DNA of 64,000 bases from Haliotis rubra (taxonomy: Eukaryota): contig NW_025767080.1 of the NCBI RefSeq assembly GCF_003918875.1, positions 2,666,001 to 2,730,000 of the forward strand, given 5' to 3'. This document shows positions 1 through 12,611 of this stretch, piece after piece. Positions within the stretch are counted from its first letter, which is position 1; every line of letters starts with the position of its first letter. Under the pieces are notes generated by a model. It saw nothing but the letters and a program-made list of their open reading frames with translations, made no database searches and was not told the origin of the DNA. Position numbers and translations under genes: made by a program.

Positions 1-154
1 GGCTGTACCCTCAAAGGGGGTTGAAGTAGCGTAAAATTATTGTCCTCCTGAGAGGGTACATAAGTCCCAAAAACTTTCCAAGTCAATTTTGCTGAACCAT
101 ACTTTTTAATCGTAGTATTTTTGTGAATTTAAATTTCGGATAAACATCCCTACT

Positions 155-490
155 ATTGCCAGCGGCTGAAGGGATGGTGTAAATCCAACTAGGGTCCATG
201 CAGGTAGCAAAAGTAATGTAAGTCCCCATGGTTCCTAGTTTGGTGATCTACCTTCAGTTGTTGGCAATATATAGCCCGTATTTTATATTGTATTGTCTTC
301 TTTAATTGGAATGTTTTAGCTTTGTTCGCTAGTTTTATAATTCATCTGTGATTATCTAGTATTTTTACAGTCCATCGTCGACAGGTTTTAATCTTCAAAA
401 TATTTTCACTTTTTATTGTATAAATTGTTTTCGTCACGATATGGCTGAGATATTGCCGATGTGACGTTAAATATTAACTCACTCACTCAC
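155..490 (+). mobile_element. SINE-like retroposon with (ACTC)n tail in intron 1 of copy A; relative at ~52645-52955
   Basis: Shared gccagc(g/c)gctgaag...taagtccccatgg...gtcacgata..gctga...aactcactcac between the two sites. Confidence 0.55.
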
Positions 491-539
491 TAAAACACAA
501 CTACCTAAGATATGAATGTCGTTACTATCTTCTACTCAC

Positions 540-582
540 CAATAACGGCGCTGACAATGACGATAAACAGTGTAACTTTCAT
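540..582 (-). CDS. Copy A, exon 1 only (signal peptide MKVTLFIVIVSAVI) of cvSI-2-like secreted Cys-rich protein; rest of gene lies left of the window
   Basis: ATG at 582, 43 nt, phase-1 donor G|GTGAGT, TATA box at 636-645; same layout as the other exon-1 copies. Confidence 0.8.
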
Positions 583-1619
583 TTTCTGTGGGTTGAGCGA
601 AATGCTTTCAGAGTAATGCCTTCATTCTGTTGATCCTCTTATATACTTTTGCTTCCCGTGATGCTAACACCAATCCCGTGAGCCAGAGTCACGATTTTGT
701 GATTCCATGTACAGCAGCTGCATGCAAGACTTATAATTATCTCCCTGTGGGTGGTCACATCATAACATGTAGATAACTAAGACATGGAGTGCCAAGGTTA
801 CATTGCTTTGATTCATTTGGTTGGATCTGATAACCCAATAGGGAAATGTCTTGTCATGTTTGCTGTTAAAATTAAACGTTTCCACAAATACATAAACAAC
901 ACATTCAAGATTGATTTGTTTTCTCATTTACAATGGGTTAGAAACGGTTACAAAATCAGCATTATTTAAGTCATACCCAGGGCTATACTTCAGACGCCAT
1001 AAAGCTGAAGGCAATGCCACAAAGTTGCGTTACAACACTGCGTTTTTCGTAAATATGGATGAAGAGAGGAAACGTGAGTTTTAAAGCTGTCCATCTTTCA
1101 AATCATGAGCTGAAAAACCTGATACGACTGTACAGTGTTGCGTGGTGAATGAAAGGAACAGAAAACTGTGTTGAGTATACAACTTGAATGTTCAAAACCT
1201 CAGTAAACCTTTCTGCTTGAGATTGGAGGGTATTTCGAAATTTGACGCCTATCTCACAAAACTGAAATTTGATGTAATTTCTTTGTAATTGTTTTTACCT
1301 GTAATATGTGTTCGTGTGGGTTATTCAGGGGAACAATTACTGTTTTGCAACGGGTGCCTCCGGTGCGACATGATAGCGAACACTATTTGACAGTGATTCA
1401 AAAATACAGGCTCATGACTGTATATCTAATCACTGTAATGTTTGACGGGTAAGATTTTCTTATTGACTTCGTGATAATATTGTTATCTTTGTACATTCTC
1501 CCACCATGCGTATGTTCTATCTACATATATTCACTCTGTGCATTGACTGAGCATTCACCTCGTGAAGGAGCAAGAATTAGTTCCAATTATATCGTAAAAA
1601 GGCCCACGTACAATTAAAA

Positions 1620-2815
1620 ACCTTGTAAGGTAGATGCAATTGACAATCAGATTCATACGCATAAAGAACGCAGTGGCAATGCTTCATTAATGTAATTAGA
1701 ACAATTTGTTGCTGTTGAAAACTTGCTACATGATAATGTGTTCAAAACATATTGCTGATCAATGTAATATGGTAATGCTTTAAAGTACAGCGCAAATCAT
1801 GATAAACCTTACATTCAAATAGGAAATGAAATTCATTTTCTTCAAAGTTATCATTACAAATATTACAAAGTCTTTGGTGCCTTGGAACTCCATCAAATCT
1901 ACCGGTATTTATAGATATTGGAAACGCACCGATTTTTAACATTGTTATTCAACGCCTCGCATCTTTACATTTCAATAAAGTTAAATATGATTCAATGCAA
2001 AATACATTTTTGATACTTGACTGAACATAAAGCGATGAACATTTTTGCCCTTCTGAAAATATGAATTGCTTTTGACAATCACTAACTCTTTCATGGAAAT
2101 CTTTCAAAAACTGTTCCTCGTTGCCGCCTTGAGCTTCCCACACAAAAACAAAACCATAATTGAACAAAGAATTTCTGACAAAATATGCCCACGTTTTCCT
2201 ACTAACTTTGTATAAATGGTGTAACATAATATAGCACCGCTTAGGGTTTCTTTCCTTTGGTATGTGTAAAAGTTTGAACCAATACTTCAAAACACGTAAT
2301 AAACATTTATCAACATAAATATACTTTCTACAACATTCCGAAAAAAAGCAGCGTTAGAGCATTTATAACTTACATCGAACACATACTTACAAAACCTAAC
2401 GTGAAACTGTTCAATAACATGCCATTTCTGAAAACCCCATATTTCCTGAAGACAAGGCGTTATTCACTTTACTTTCCAGATTTCAGATTTTGAACCGATT
2501 TAGACCATGAACGTCGATTTGAAAACAGTGAACCCAAATAATTATAATACATGTATGTTGAAACGTTTAACCTATGATCACCAAAGTACCATGATCCATA
2601 TCGCCTTAATTTACCACCATTTCTAAAGACTAACACCTCTGTTTTCTCAAAATTTCCAGACATACAAAAACTCTAATGATACATTGATCTTTCTCTGAAG
2701 GCTGATGACAGAATCTGCAAGCAGACATATAAATCATCTGCCAACAGAAGCTAAAACAATTCCATAAACCCTGGATCAGTAAATACGCCCCTATCACCAA
2801 GAGTAAATGCAGATG
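1620..2815 (-). mobile_element. Degenerate LINE ORF2 3' half (RT C-terminus and C-terminal Cys/His region); truncated duplicate at ~9880-10148
   Basis: Frameshifted segments LLLADDL, KTEVLVFRNGG...YNYLG, KYWFKLL, INTGRF...RLCNIC...ENEFHFLFECKVY. Confidence 0.8.
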
Positions 2816-3572
2816 TCTTTCTCCTCCTTTAATAATTGTTGATTCAGACCGTGGATTATCACCGAGAATTTCAATTTACTGTATACACTCCAATTTCCTC
2901 CATACACTCTGCTTCAACACTACAATGTGGCATGTAAACACTGAAGAACGGGGTGAAAACCAACGTCACTCCACCTCACATATAAGTATGCCTTTATGCC
3001 TTTGTGGAACCGTACCCTATTGTGTATTTAATGCTATTTATATCATGTATTATAAAAAGAAACAGAACTAATTGTTAACAATAGCTTGCATTTGGATAAT
3101 TCATAAGAGGCTACTTTCTTCTGTATTCACATTTATATGCTTAAAGAACCAAACGCGTCGCCAGTTTCCCAGGTTCCATGCCTGTACCCTGTTGCACCAT
3201 TGGACACCATGTTCCGACCAGTACCTGTTATCAGAGCTCTACACCTCCTTGGCACGAACTGATGAAGTGTACGTTCCGCCACATCCATTAATTTCACCAA
3301 GGGTCACGAGGGTCGCTAGTATGTGTAATGAAATGCACGTCAAACTAGCAAATCAAGATCCATATATCGTATCGTGATCCGATGAGGATGTGCTATAAAC
3401 CCGGAATGCCCATGGCATATCCCATGTCATATCCCATGGGTGTAAGCATGCTTCGAAATATTTCCATAAGCTGAAGCATGGAAACCAGTATCAAAACAAA
3501 CCAGTGAATTGTATTCGATTTATTATACACATGTACATGTATGTATACATCGTGATTTCCATGATTTCTCCT

Positions 3573-5749
3573 TTATTTCCCTCTGAAAGTAAAGATGTAA
3601 GTGATGAGTGACGTTTTCAATCTTCTTTTACCAGAAATTACACATTGAGTACGGACAGTAATATGGATATTAACGTTTGTATAATGACACGTCTACCCTG
3701 TGCGCAACCACCAGGTGTGCCTCCATATTGTGTCCCTACAATGAAATCTGTTTTAGCAGATAATCGAGACCTAATTACTCTTGCTGGGACTTACTTCGAA
3801 ACTAGCTTCAGCTGATGTGAATGTTAAATGTAAATACAGTATAAATGAAGAGTTTTGTATCTTTTTGTCACCAAGATGAAATAAAAGAAGCATACGAAGC
3901 AAACAAATTGATAGTCTAGTTTAACGTGATACACAGGCAGCCTTAATTTTGGTTGTATTTCTTATGTAAAAGAAACGTAAAACATAATCATTGTTCACTT
4001 TTCCACTTTCGTAAGAGCATCATTGTGTGATGGGCACAAACATGTTCTCCAAATGGTCAATCATGATGCTGAGAATAGTTACTTTCATGCCTGGTCTGGC
4101 CTGTTCATCACGACCAGACGAAGTCAATGAACAATTTAATGGCCATTTAACACACACACACACACACACACACCCCACCCCACCCCACACACCCCACCCC
4201 ACCCCTTTACTTACACGCCAAGTCCAAAACCACGTCCACAAAGACAGTGGGCGTCAAAGCAGTGGCGTTCTGAATGGCTGTCTCTACACTGACAGCTGCC
4301 GCAGTCAAAGCGGGCGGTACAAGCGGCTGAAATATGAACGTCCCTCTTGGTCACCATAGTACATATACAGCTCTCAGTGGTGTGATTCGTGAAGATTCCG
4401 TCGTATGCTGAGCCAATGAAGCCCTACAATTATCCAAACCGCCAGTATCATATCAAGCCACTCATGTTTGCACTTTGGGGACTTGGAGTAGTGACTTCCG
4501 CCGCACTCAGCAATATCCCACCTATATGGCGGCGGTCTGTAGATAATCGAGTCTGGACCAGACAATCCAGTGATCAACAACATGAGCATCGATCTGCGCA
4601 ATTGGGAACCGATGTGTCAACCAAGTCAGCGAGCCTGACCACCCGATCCCGTTAGTCGCCTCTTACGACAAGCATGGGTTACTGAAGATTATTTCTAACC
4701 CGGATCTTCACGGGTTAAGTAAGATCGTTTACTTTGTCTTCTTTGGTGCTTCAATCTGAGTGTGAGGGTTTGAATCTCGGATGTGACTCAACAGCGAAAA
4801 GGTATCAGAATTGTGTACTTTATTCAGAAAGTGTAATTCCATATGTATCACGTTACATTTGATCACTTTCTGAAAAGAATTGTGTTTACTTGTGGTTAGT
4901 TCTCTTTTTTCCTCTTTTTGGTATAGGCGAATCTTTCCTTAATAATACATTCACAGATGAAATTTGACGACTGTAGTAAATTTATGTTGTTGACTCACAT
5001 ACTTGAAAGGCAGGAACCAACATTGGCTGCAACCAGACAGGTGCATTGTCCATGTGAGCAGGCAAGCTTTGAGGAACTGTCACATGTCAGGTGATTACAG
5101 TCACCATCATCTGTACATTGCTCGCTGTAGATCACAGCTGATACAAAGAAAGGAACAACATCCTATCATTTACATTAACTTCAGGGCTGCGTGATCTCTG
5201 TAGCGCTCACGGCTTACTCTTTCAAACAACGTTTGTTGAGAGAGTCAGTCTAGTTTTACGGCGCTTTTAGCAATATTCCAGCAAATCATGGCAGGGACAC
5301 CAGAAATGGGCTTCACATATTGTACTCGTGTGGGGAATCGAACCCATGTCTCAGCGTGACGAGCGAACGCTTTAACCACTGGAATAACCCATCGCCCCCA
5401 CGTTTGTTCAATGGAGTGGATGCATGAGGTTTAACTCAAGTGGGTTTATTGGGCTACGCTCGTATCTCACACTACAGCCCATGAAGAACATGTGGTTTGT
5501 CAGTGGGCAAGTGAGGTGGGTATGGGACTGGGTTTCCGTTAGGGTGAGGTGGGTACGGGACTGGGTTCCCGTTAGGGTGAGGTTCATTCACTCACAGATA
5601 TAAAGCACGGAAAACGAGCAGTACAAATGCATTAATGTTGTATATTATGTTTAAATATTAAATGTCACAAACTAAGATATGAACGTGGTTACTGTCTTCT
5701 ACTCACCAACAGAGGCGCTGACAATGACGAGAAACAGTGTAACTTTCAT
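3573..5749 (-). CDS. Copy B (type 1), cvSI-2-like secreted Cys-rich protein, 99 aa: MKVTLFLVIVSASVAVIYSEQCTDDGDCNHLTCDSSSKLACSHGQCTCLVAANVGSCLSTACTARFDCGSCQCRDSHSERHCFDAHCLCGRGFGLGVGK
   Basis: Exons 5707-5749, 5003-5137, 4215-4326, 3573-3582; all GT-AG and phase-compatible; upstream TATA box; AATAAA at 3519-3524; Cys spacing recalls the cvSI/I84 family (recognition, not a search). Confidence 0.85.
4490..4715 (-). mobile_element. SINE-like repeat with Nin-like core (catgcttgtcgtaagaggcgactaa) in intron 2 of B; copies at ~29430-29660, 36600-36830, 43748-43977, 45378-45624, 46775-47938 (split), 54865-55104, 56660-57070 (split)
   Basis: Multiple dispersed homologous copies in both orientations, several ending in (ACTC)n-type tails. 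Confidence 0.8.
5240..5400 (-). mobile_element. tRNA-derived SINE in intron 1 of B; copies at ~48581-48745 (+) and ~57950-58096 (+)
   Basis: A-box and B-box (GTGGTTAAAGCG...GGTTCGAATCCC) followed by a shared body and short-repeat tail. Confidence 0.8.
5511..5583. repeat. 33-bp minisatellite, ~2.2 units
   Basis: gtgaggtgggta(t/c)gggactgggtt(t/c)ccgttagg repeated. Confidence 0.8.
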
Positions 5750-5800
5750 GTCTGAGAGTTGAGCAAATGCTTTCAGAGTAATGTCTTCATTCGGTTGATC

Positions 5801-5930
5801 CTCTTATATACCTCTTTTGCCCGTGATACCAACACCAATCCCGAGAGCCACAGCCACGATGTTGTGATTCTATGCACAGCAGCTGCATGCAAGACTTGTC
5901 TTCCCGTGGGCGGTTGTGTTATGACATGTA
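5801..5930 (-). promoter_or_regulatory. Conserved proximal promoter of the array genes (TATATAAGAG, CCAAT, CAGCTG, GC-rich box); also upstream of A, D, E, F, G
   Basis: ctcttatata...aacaccaatcccg...cagcagctgcatgcaag occurs ~50-170 nt upstream of every exon-1 ATG. Confidence 0.7.
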
Positions 5931-8288
5931 GATAAAGGACACATGCGGTATGCAGGTAACCTTCCACTATTGACCTCTCGGAGTGCAATCTAGCCATGTG
6001 TATTGTTATTGCATAAATATTATTCTTGAAGATCTAGAAACAGCACAAAGAATTGAATTGGATCTCCAGTTAGGAAGCATCCTCAAGATGACAATAAATA
6101 CACCACTAAAACAACGTTGACTCTTCTACGGAAATAGAATCCGTATGATCAATCCACGCAATAATTACATACACACCAAACGCAACATGTTTCTGTAAAA
6201 CCATATCGATCACGATAACCAATGAGAGAATAATGAAACATTTTATTGTATGGTTCTTCTTCATAGTTCACTGAAAGCAGCAGAATATAATAATTTAGAT
6301 GATTGCTCTTCTTATCATTGACATGTAAAATAAATGACAAGTACACACTCCAAGGTTGAACCCGAGATCACACATTTCAGGCTTTCGTGAATCATTTTTT
6401 TTTACGTCTCACATGAAATTTAAACGTTACAAAATCACTGTGAAATACAGTACATTTCAGTACAGGGTATTGCGTCGGGCATTTGATTATGTCGTTAATT
6501 ACCGGATTATCTGATCTTTTATGTCTTTAGTTACAAAGATTCCGCGTCATATAACAGGCATATCAAAAGTGTTCTGGGACACAATAAAAAGACTATTTTG
6601 TACCTCTGTGCATTGATCTAAAGATGATACTTATGAAGCTGTTTCACTGGTCGCATGTATTTCAAGTGAGTTAATCAGTGGAAGGGAATTGGTTTGGGAC
6701 CCATTATTGGACAATGTCACATCATTGATACACCAGAAGATAATGTAAACAGAGGCGGCACAACCTTTTTCCATATTCATAAGATATCTCTGCTAAAAGC
6801 AGAGTCGATTGTACAATTGCGACCATATCATGAGCATATGCTTGTTTCAGCAGTATTACAGCTGTATGATGTTGTTTGTATTCAGTGATTGTCACCATGC
6901 GATACGATGACAGTGCATGTATTTATGAATCACTATGAAATAATGATGATACCAGATGTTTGCGAAAAGGGGAGCGTACCCTGTCCCACCGGTGGCACCC
7001 GTCATAAACAGACTCCCGTATTTTCAAGCAGCAATGTTGCAGAAATTCATACCAAACAATTACTAGTACCCAGTAAGAAGTGCACATTTGGTTGCCATGG
7101 TGTTGCCAACTTCCTGACCCAACTTTTTATCCAAAAGGTTTCAATTTACCCTGAAATTCAGCATTCACTTAATGTTTTCATTGATATTTGCTTTCAGCTT
7201 GGGCAAATTGCCCTGAACTATAGTCATGGTCATTCATCACCACGTTTGGTTGATCAAGAAATGAAGTCTTTCCTTTGTAAACCTCTATATATTTGGTGCG
7301 TGAAAAAGACATGTTTAAAGTTGTCATCTAGCTAACAGAAATGTATCCCATTTTCAAAGGGATTATCATCGTATTTTACATGTTAGAATATATGTTTTGA
7401 TACCTACTTAATACCTGATTGCGACATAAAAATATTTCTAACTGATAATTTCATTTTGATCCTATTTCAATCCTATTTTAAGTCGAAATGTGTTGATACA
7501 TATGTTAAATTTGGGATTACACTTTCTCAGTAAAGTACCCATTCTAGGAGACAGCGATGGCTCAGTGGGTTAGATGGCTGACTTTGTGTGCTGGCAATTA
7601 GGTGCCTGACGCTGAGAGTATGGGTTTCAGTAGATGGCAGTTGTGTAATCTGAAAGGTTCTTCATCTTTAATTAGAAAGGAAACGCATCAGCACACTTTG
7701 AAACAATTTACTATATTCAGTTGAATGTGCATTTTCATTTAATTTGTTTAACACAAGGATGATACTTCCTACGCGACACATCATGCTCTCTGGACATAAA
7801 TTATGGTAATACTGATTGTCGAACGTTCATGAGGGGGACGTTCCGATCAAGCCCTGGCTTGACCACTGCTATCACAGCTCTACACCTTGACACAAACTCA
7901 GTATGTCTACGGGCCATCATACTCATTTATTCCCTCAGAGGTCGCTGCTGTAGCCAGATTGTGTAGTGAAATGCTATAGTCCCGTAAAACTAGCAAGTAC
8001 AAATCCATATATTGTATCGGGATCGTTGGAGGGTTGGCTACAAACCCGGAATACCCATGGGATATATTCTATAATTGGAAGCATGGAAACCAACACAAAC
8101 GAGTTAACTGTATTTGCAGATTTATTTTACATGTATACATGTATGGATCCACGTGATATGGAGTCTTTCCATGGGGTTTCTCATTTATTTCCCTCTGAAA
8201 GTGAACAGGCAAGTTCCTGTGAGGGGCATAACCATAACAAACATCACATAAGGTATTCATTGACATTTACTACTTAAGATTGTAAGTA

Positions 8289-8478
8289 TTTGGGAGTACA
8301 CTTTCACAATTAAGTACAGATTCTAGTACTTTTGTTGGGTTGCGTTCCATCCGGGATTCGAACCCACACCCTCAGTCAGGCACCTAATCGCCAGCACACA
8401 AAGTCAGCCGCCTAACCCACCCGCGGTGGCAATAAAGGTACTAGAATCTGTATTTTACTGGGAAAATGTAATCCCAAA
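8289..8478. mobile_element. ~190-bp element with ~41-bp TIRs around a tRNA-like head; copies ~24012-24201, 31491-31680, 38666-38855; partial at ~7510-7625 and ~23230-23345
   Basis: tttgggagtacactttc...agattctagtac is inverted at the right end; internal minus-strand B-box GGTTCGAATCCC. Confidence 0.65.
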
Positions 8479-8586
8479 CATGTGTTTCAATTGACCACTT
8501 TCTAAATGGCATTGTGTATTCATAAATGCTTAGTTATTTTGCAATTAATCGTTCCCGTTTGGAGTCAAACGGTCTATAGATGACTT

Positions 8587-8626
<40 letters not shown>

Positions 8627-8652
8627 TAGATAGATAGATAGATAGATAGATA
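8587..8652. repeat. (GATA)n microsatellite in intron 3 of type-2 genes (also ~24306-24360, 31786-31827, 38960-39003)
   Basis: Directly visible. Confidence 0.95.
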
Positions 8653-10573
8653 CTTTCATCCACAAATGACCCGTCCATAATGACGCTATACTTACACCCC
8701 TGGTCCACCAGGTCCCGATGGACCATGTCCACAAAGACAGTGGCCGTCAAAGCAATGACGTTCTTGATGGCTGTCTCTACAATTACAGCTGTCGCAGTCG
8801 GCGCGGGCGGTACATGTGGCTGAAATATGAACGTCCCTCTTGGTCACCACAGTACATATACAGCTCTCAGTGGTGTGATGTGATTAGATAGCTCCTGTCG
8901 TGTGCTTGGTCAATGAATTCCTACAATTATCTAAACCGTCGGTATCAAGCTTGCACAAAAAATGGACTTTTGCGATTTGGAATTGTGACTTCAACATTTG
9001 TTGAAGTCGTGGTGGCTGAGTGAATAGGTCGCTTATCTTGTGCACGTCTTAGGTGCCTCACTCTCTTCCAAACCACTCTCTAAAATCGTGTATACTTGCT
9101 GTCACACCTTTGGCAAAGTTTCTTATTGCAGTGTCTTTCCTAAATAATACCTTCACGGAAGAACTTTGCCGAGTTCAGTTATACAGACCGTTATTTTGTT
9201 AATTGACATACCTGAAAAGCAGGTACCAGCATTGGCTGCAACCAGACAGGTGCATTGTCCATGAGAGCAGGCCAGCTTTGAGGAACTGTCACATGTCACG
9301 TGAGTACAGTCACTATCATCCCTGCACCCCTCGCTGGATATCACCGCTGTATAACAAAAATACCTGGATCCGCCCATGTTGAGTGGCGAGAAAAAAGGAA
9401 TAGAGAACTGTGTTGAGTATACAAACTGAATATTCAAAACCTCAGTGAACCTTTCTGCTTGAGATTGGAGGGTATTTCCAAATTTGACGCCTATCTGACA
9501 AAACTGAAATTTGATGTAATTTCTTTGTAATTGTTTTTACCTGTAGTATGTGTGAACAATTACTGTTTTGCAACGGGTGCCTCCGGTGCGACATGATAGC
9601 GAACACTATTTGACAGTGATTCATAAATACAGGCTCATGACTGTATACCTAATCACTGTAATGTTTGACGGGTAAGATTTTCTTATTGGCTTCGTGATAA
9701 TATTGTTATCTTTGTACATTCTCCTACCATGCGTTGTGTAAGTATGTTCTATCTACATATATTCACTCTGTGCATTGACTGAGCATTCACCTCGTGAAGA
9801 AGCAAGAATTAGCTCGGATTATTTCGTAAAAAGGCTCACGTACAATTAAAAAAATTAAAAACTTGTGTTATTATAAGATAGATGCAATTGACAATCAGAT
9901 TCATATGTATAAATAACGCAATGGCAATGCTTCCTTAACATAATTAGAACAATTTGTTGCTGTTGAAAAATTGCTACATTATAATGTGTTCAAAACATAT
10001 TGCTGATCATTGTAATATGGTAATGCTTTAAAATACAGCGCACGTCATGATAAACTTTACGTTTAAATAGGAAATGAAATTCATTTTCTACAAAAATATC
10101 ATTACAAATATTACAAAGTCTTTGGTGCCTCGGAACTCCATCAAATCTCACACATAAATGTCGTTTGCTGATTTGTTGAGCGCCCTTCTATTATGTTCAA
10201 TGTACCCCGCTTTACAAGCGACTAACATTTCGTAGTAGTAATTTCTTTATCTCGAATAACTTTGAATCACGTATGATGTACGTAAATTGCCGGTGTTTTG
10301 CGAATGCAAATCGATGGAAGGGAGATAATTCTAAATTTGTTTTTCTTGTCGTCTGGTACTCCATACTATGATCCGATACCCATGCTTCAAACAGTTCAAA
10401 ATTACCATTGAGGTGATTGCTCTTTTTTCCACTCACATGCAAAATAGCTGACGCATAAACAGAATGCACAAGGACAAGTGTAATACCCATATCACATGCA
10501 CAGTCAAGTTAATTTCAGGCTTTTATGCAGCCTTTTTGTACTTGTTCTTTTTTTATTAACGTCTCACGTTAAA

Positions 10574-12328
10574 GTATGTCTGAGGAAAAATTGCCGGTAT
10601 AACGATTTTTCCACGCATCTTGCGAATCTCCTCCACTTGGTCTTGAGATAGTTGTCTTTTCAGAGGCATTTTGTTTGTACTATATCTCTGCATTCGCACA
10701 GTTGTCTATATGGAAAACTAGTCAGAACCTAGGCGGACTAGGCACACTAGGCAAATTAGGTACAAACTAGGTGCAAACTTGGTACAAACTAGGTGCGAAC
10801 TAGGCAGAACCTAGGCAAACTAGGTAGAAACTAGTTCTGTGGAATAGGAATCCAACGCCTTGTTTTCCATATAAACAATTGTGCGAATGCAGATATATAG
10901 TACAACACAATGCCTCCGAAAGGACAACTATCGCAAGACCAAGTGGAGGAGATTCGCAAGATGCGTGGAAAAATCTCTGCACAAGAAACAACGATTTGGA
11001 ATCGGTTCCAATCGACTACGCAAAATATGGAATACAGAAGAAGATATGCAGACAGCTACAAAGCACATTTCTTCCTCCCCCGCTACAAATCCGAACTCCA
11101 GCACATCCATATTGCCAACCGCAGAACCGTCTACCAACACCCTCTTGCCCGCTAGCGAGACAGCTCCAAATCCGACTTCTACCTCCAGCACAACCTCGTT
11201 GCCTGCTGCAGATCCGTCGACTGCGCCCACCGTCCAGGACTTCTACGACCGCTTGGGGAGGCTCGAGGCTCGCGTGGAGCAAAACGCGATGATGTTGTCG
11301 GCTCGTGTGGAGCAAACCGCGACGATGTTGTCAGTTCGTGCGGAGCAAACCATGAATTTGTTGGTGGACGTCTTGTGTAGGCAGGACAAGGACGACGATG
11401 ACGAAGAACTACGGGAGAAAATAGAAAGCGTCGAGGAGGAACAAGAAGAGACCCGTCTGGATATCGAGAAGGTGTGGCAGATGGTAGAATCGGCCCAAAG
11501 GTGGACCACCCTTTCACTAGTGTTTCTCTGAATGGTCGTCCACAAGAACTGGAAGCACAGCACACAGGCCCACATACCAGTCGACGAGAAGACAGAAACG
11601 CTCATACCAGTTTCCACGGCCAAACCCGGGGATCCCCACTATATGGAGTAGAGAAGTCGATGTGTGGAAAAAAGTATTGTAGGTATACGAACCTTGAGTT
11701 TGTTTTTTTCGTCCGGGCGCGTGCCCTACTTTCCGTACTACGAATTCCACGAAAAGCAGTTGGAATGCGAAAACGGGCCTCGACAAGTCTACAAATCCAT
11801 TCGTCCTTTGCAACCCCAAGCCCGCGACTGTGCATCTGCAAAAATACTAGACGAGCTGTCGGAGGGTTTGTCTAGAAAACTATACAATTGGGGCAAGACT
11901 AGACTATTTGCTGTCGGCTATGGAAACAGTCTGTGTGGTGCCAGTTTTTTTGCATACCTGTCTTGGTATCGGGTCGAATATGGGGTTTGTGGTTGCTGAA
12001 AAAATGGGTAGCCCTAGCGAAAAGGAGATTCTTATAATAATTCGAGTGCACCTTCGCCGATGGAGAAACAACACGAGAGTGGTCCAAACCCCATCGACAC
12101 ACTGTTGTTGTTTTTCTGCGCTGGACTCAAATTTTGCTTTCCGTATACCTGTCTTGGGGTTGGATGGACTACTGGATCACGAAGAAAAAAACAATGCAAA
12201 CAAAATGTGTTCCTATATACTCAAATGTTGAGGGGAGGTGCACCCTTGGCTTTTTTCCTTCTTATTTTTTCATTATTTTTGCTTTGCGGTCCCGTACCAT
12301 CATTCCCTATACTACTTAAGATGATACA
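10574..12328 (+). mobile_element. GC-rich inserted island with inverted-repeat head and decayed ORFs (possible Polinton/virus-derived fragment)
   Basis: Compositional jump; replaces ~800 nt of flank seen at 6420-7190; arms 10604-10718 and 10862-10975; overlapping long ORFs. Confidence 0.5.
10910..11531 (+). pseudogene. Frameshifted ORF: HTH-like N-terminus, S/T/P-rich linker, coiled coil, hydrophobic end
   Basis: MPPKGQLSQDQVEEIRKMRGKISAQE continues after a frameshift near 10988 as KQRFGIGSNRLRKIW...VQDFYDRLGRLEARVEQ...EELREKIESVEEEQEE. Confidence 0.5.
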
Positions 12329-12611
12329 TGCTTTCATCTTGGGCAAATTGCCCTGAATAACATTCATGGTCATTCACCTCCAAGTTTAGTTGATCAAGAA
12401 ATGAATTGTTTCCTTGATATTTCCTTTGTAATATCTTGAAAAAAGACATGTTCAAATTTGTTATCTAGCTAACAGAAATGTATCCAATTTTCACATGTTA
12501 GAATATAACTACTTAATACCTGATTGCGACATAAAAAAACATTCCAAGTGATAATAAGTTGATACTTCCTTCCAGTTTTCTACTGGAATAAAGTAACTGT
12601 GCATTATTTAG

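Larger units (their letters stand above)
8185..9346 (-). pseudogene. Copy C (type 2): exons 2-4 intact, exon 1 and promoter deleted
   Basis: Exons 9212-9346 (AVISSEGCRDDSDC...GTCFS), 8696-8819 (ATCTARADC...GPSGPGGPGV), 8185-8194 (GK*). Just upstream of the exon-2 acceptor the sequence jumps, via ~40 nt of filler, to sequence lying ~900 nt further upstream in E/F/G. Confidence 0.8.

Noticed and set aside
4211-4213. TAA at the end of exon 3 as the main stop (three-exon model)
   Set aside because: It lies in a conserved GTAAGT donor, and a conserved downstream GK exon with a poly(A) signal exists in all six copies; kept only as a possible retention isoform.
10719-10861. CRISPR-like or telomeric array
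   Set aside because: Units are 9-11 nt, degenerate, without unique spacers, and are not TTAGGG; eukaryotic context with no cas genes.
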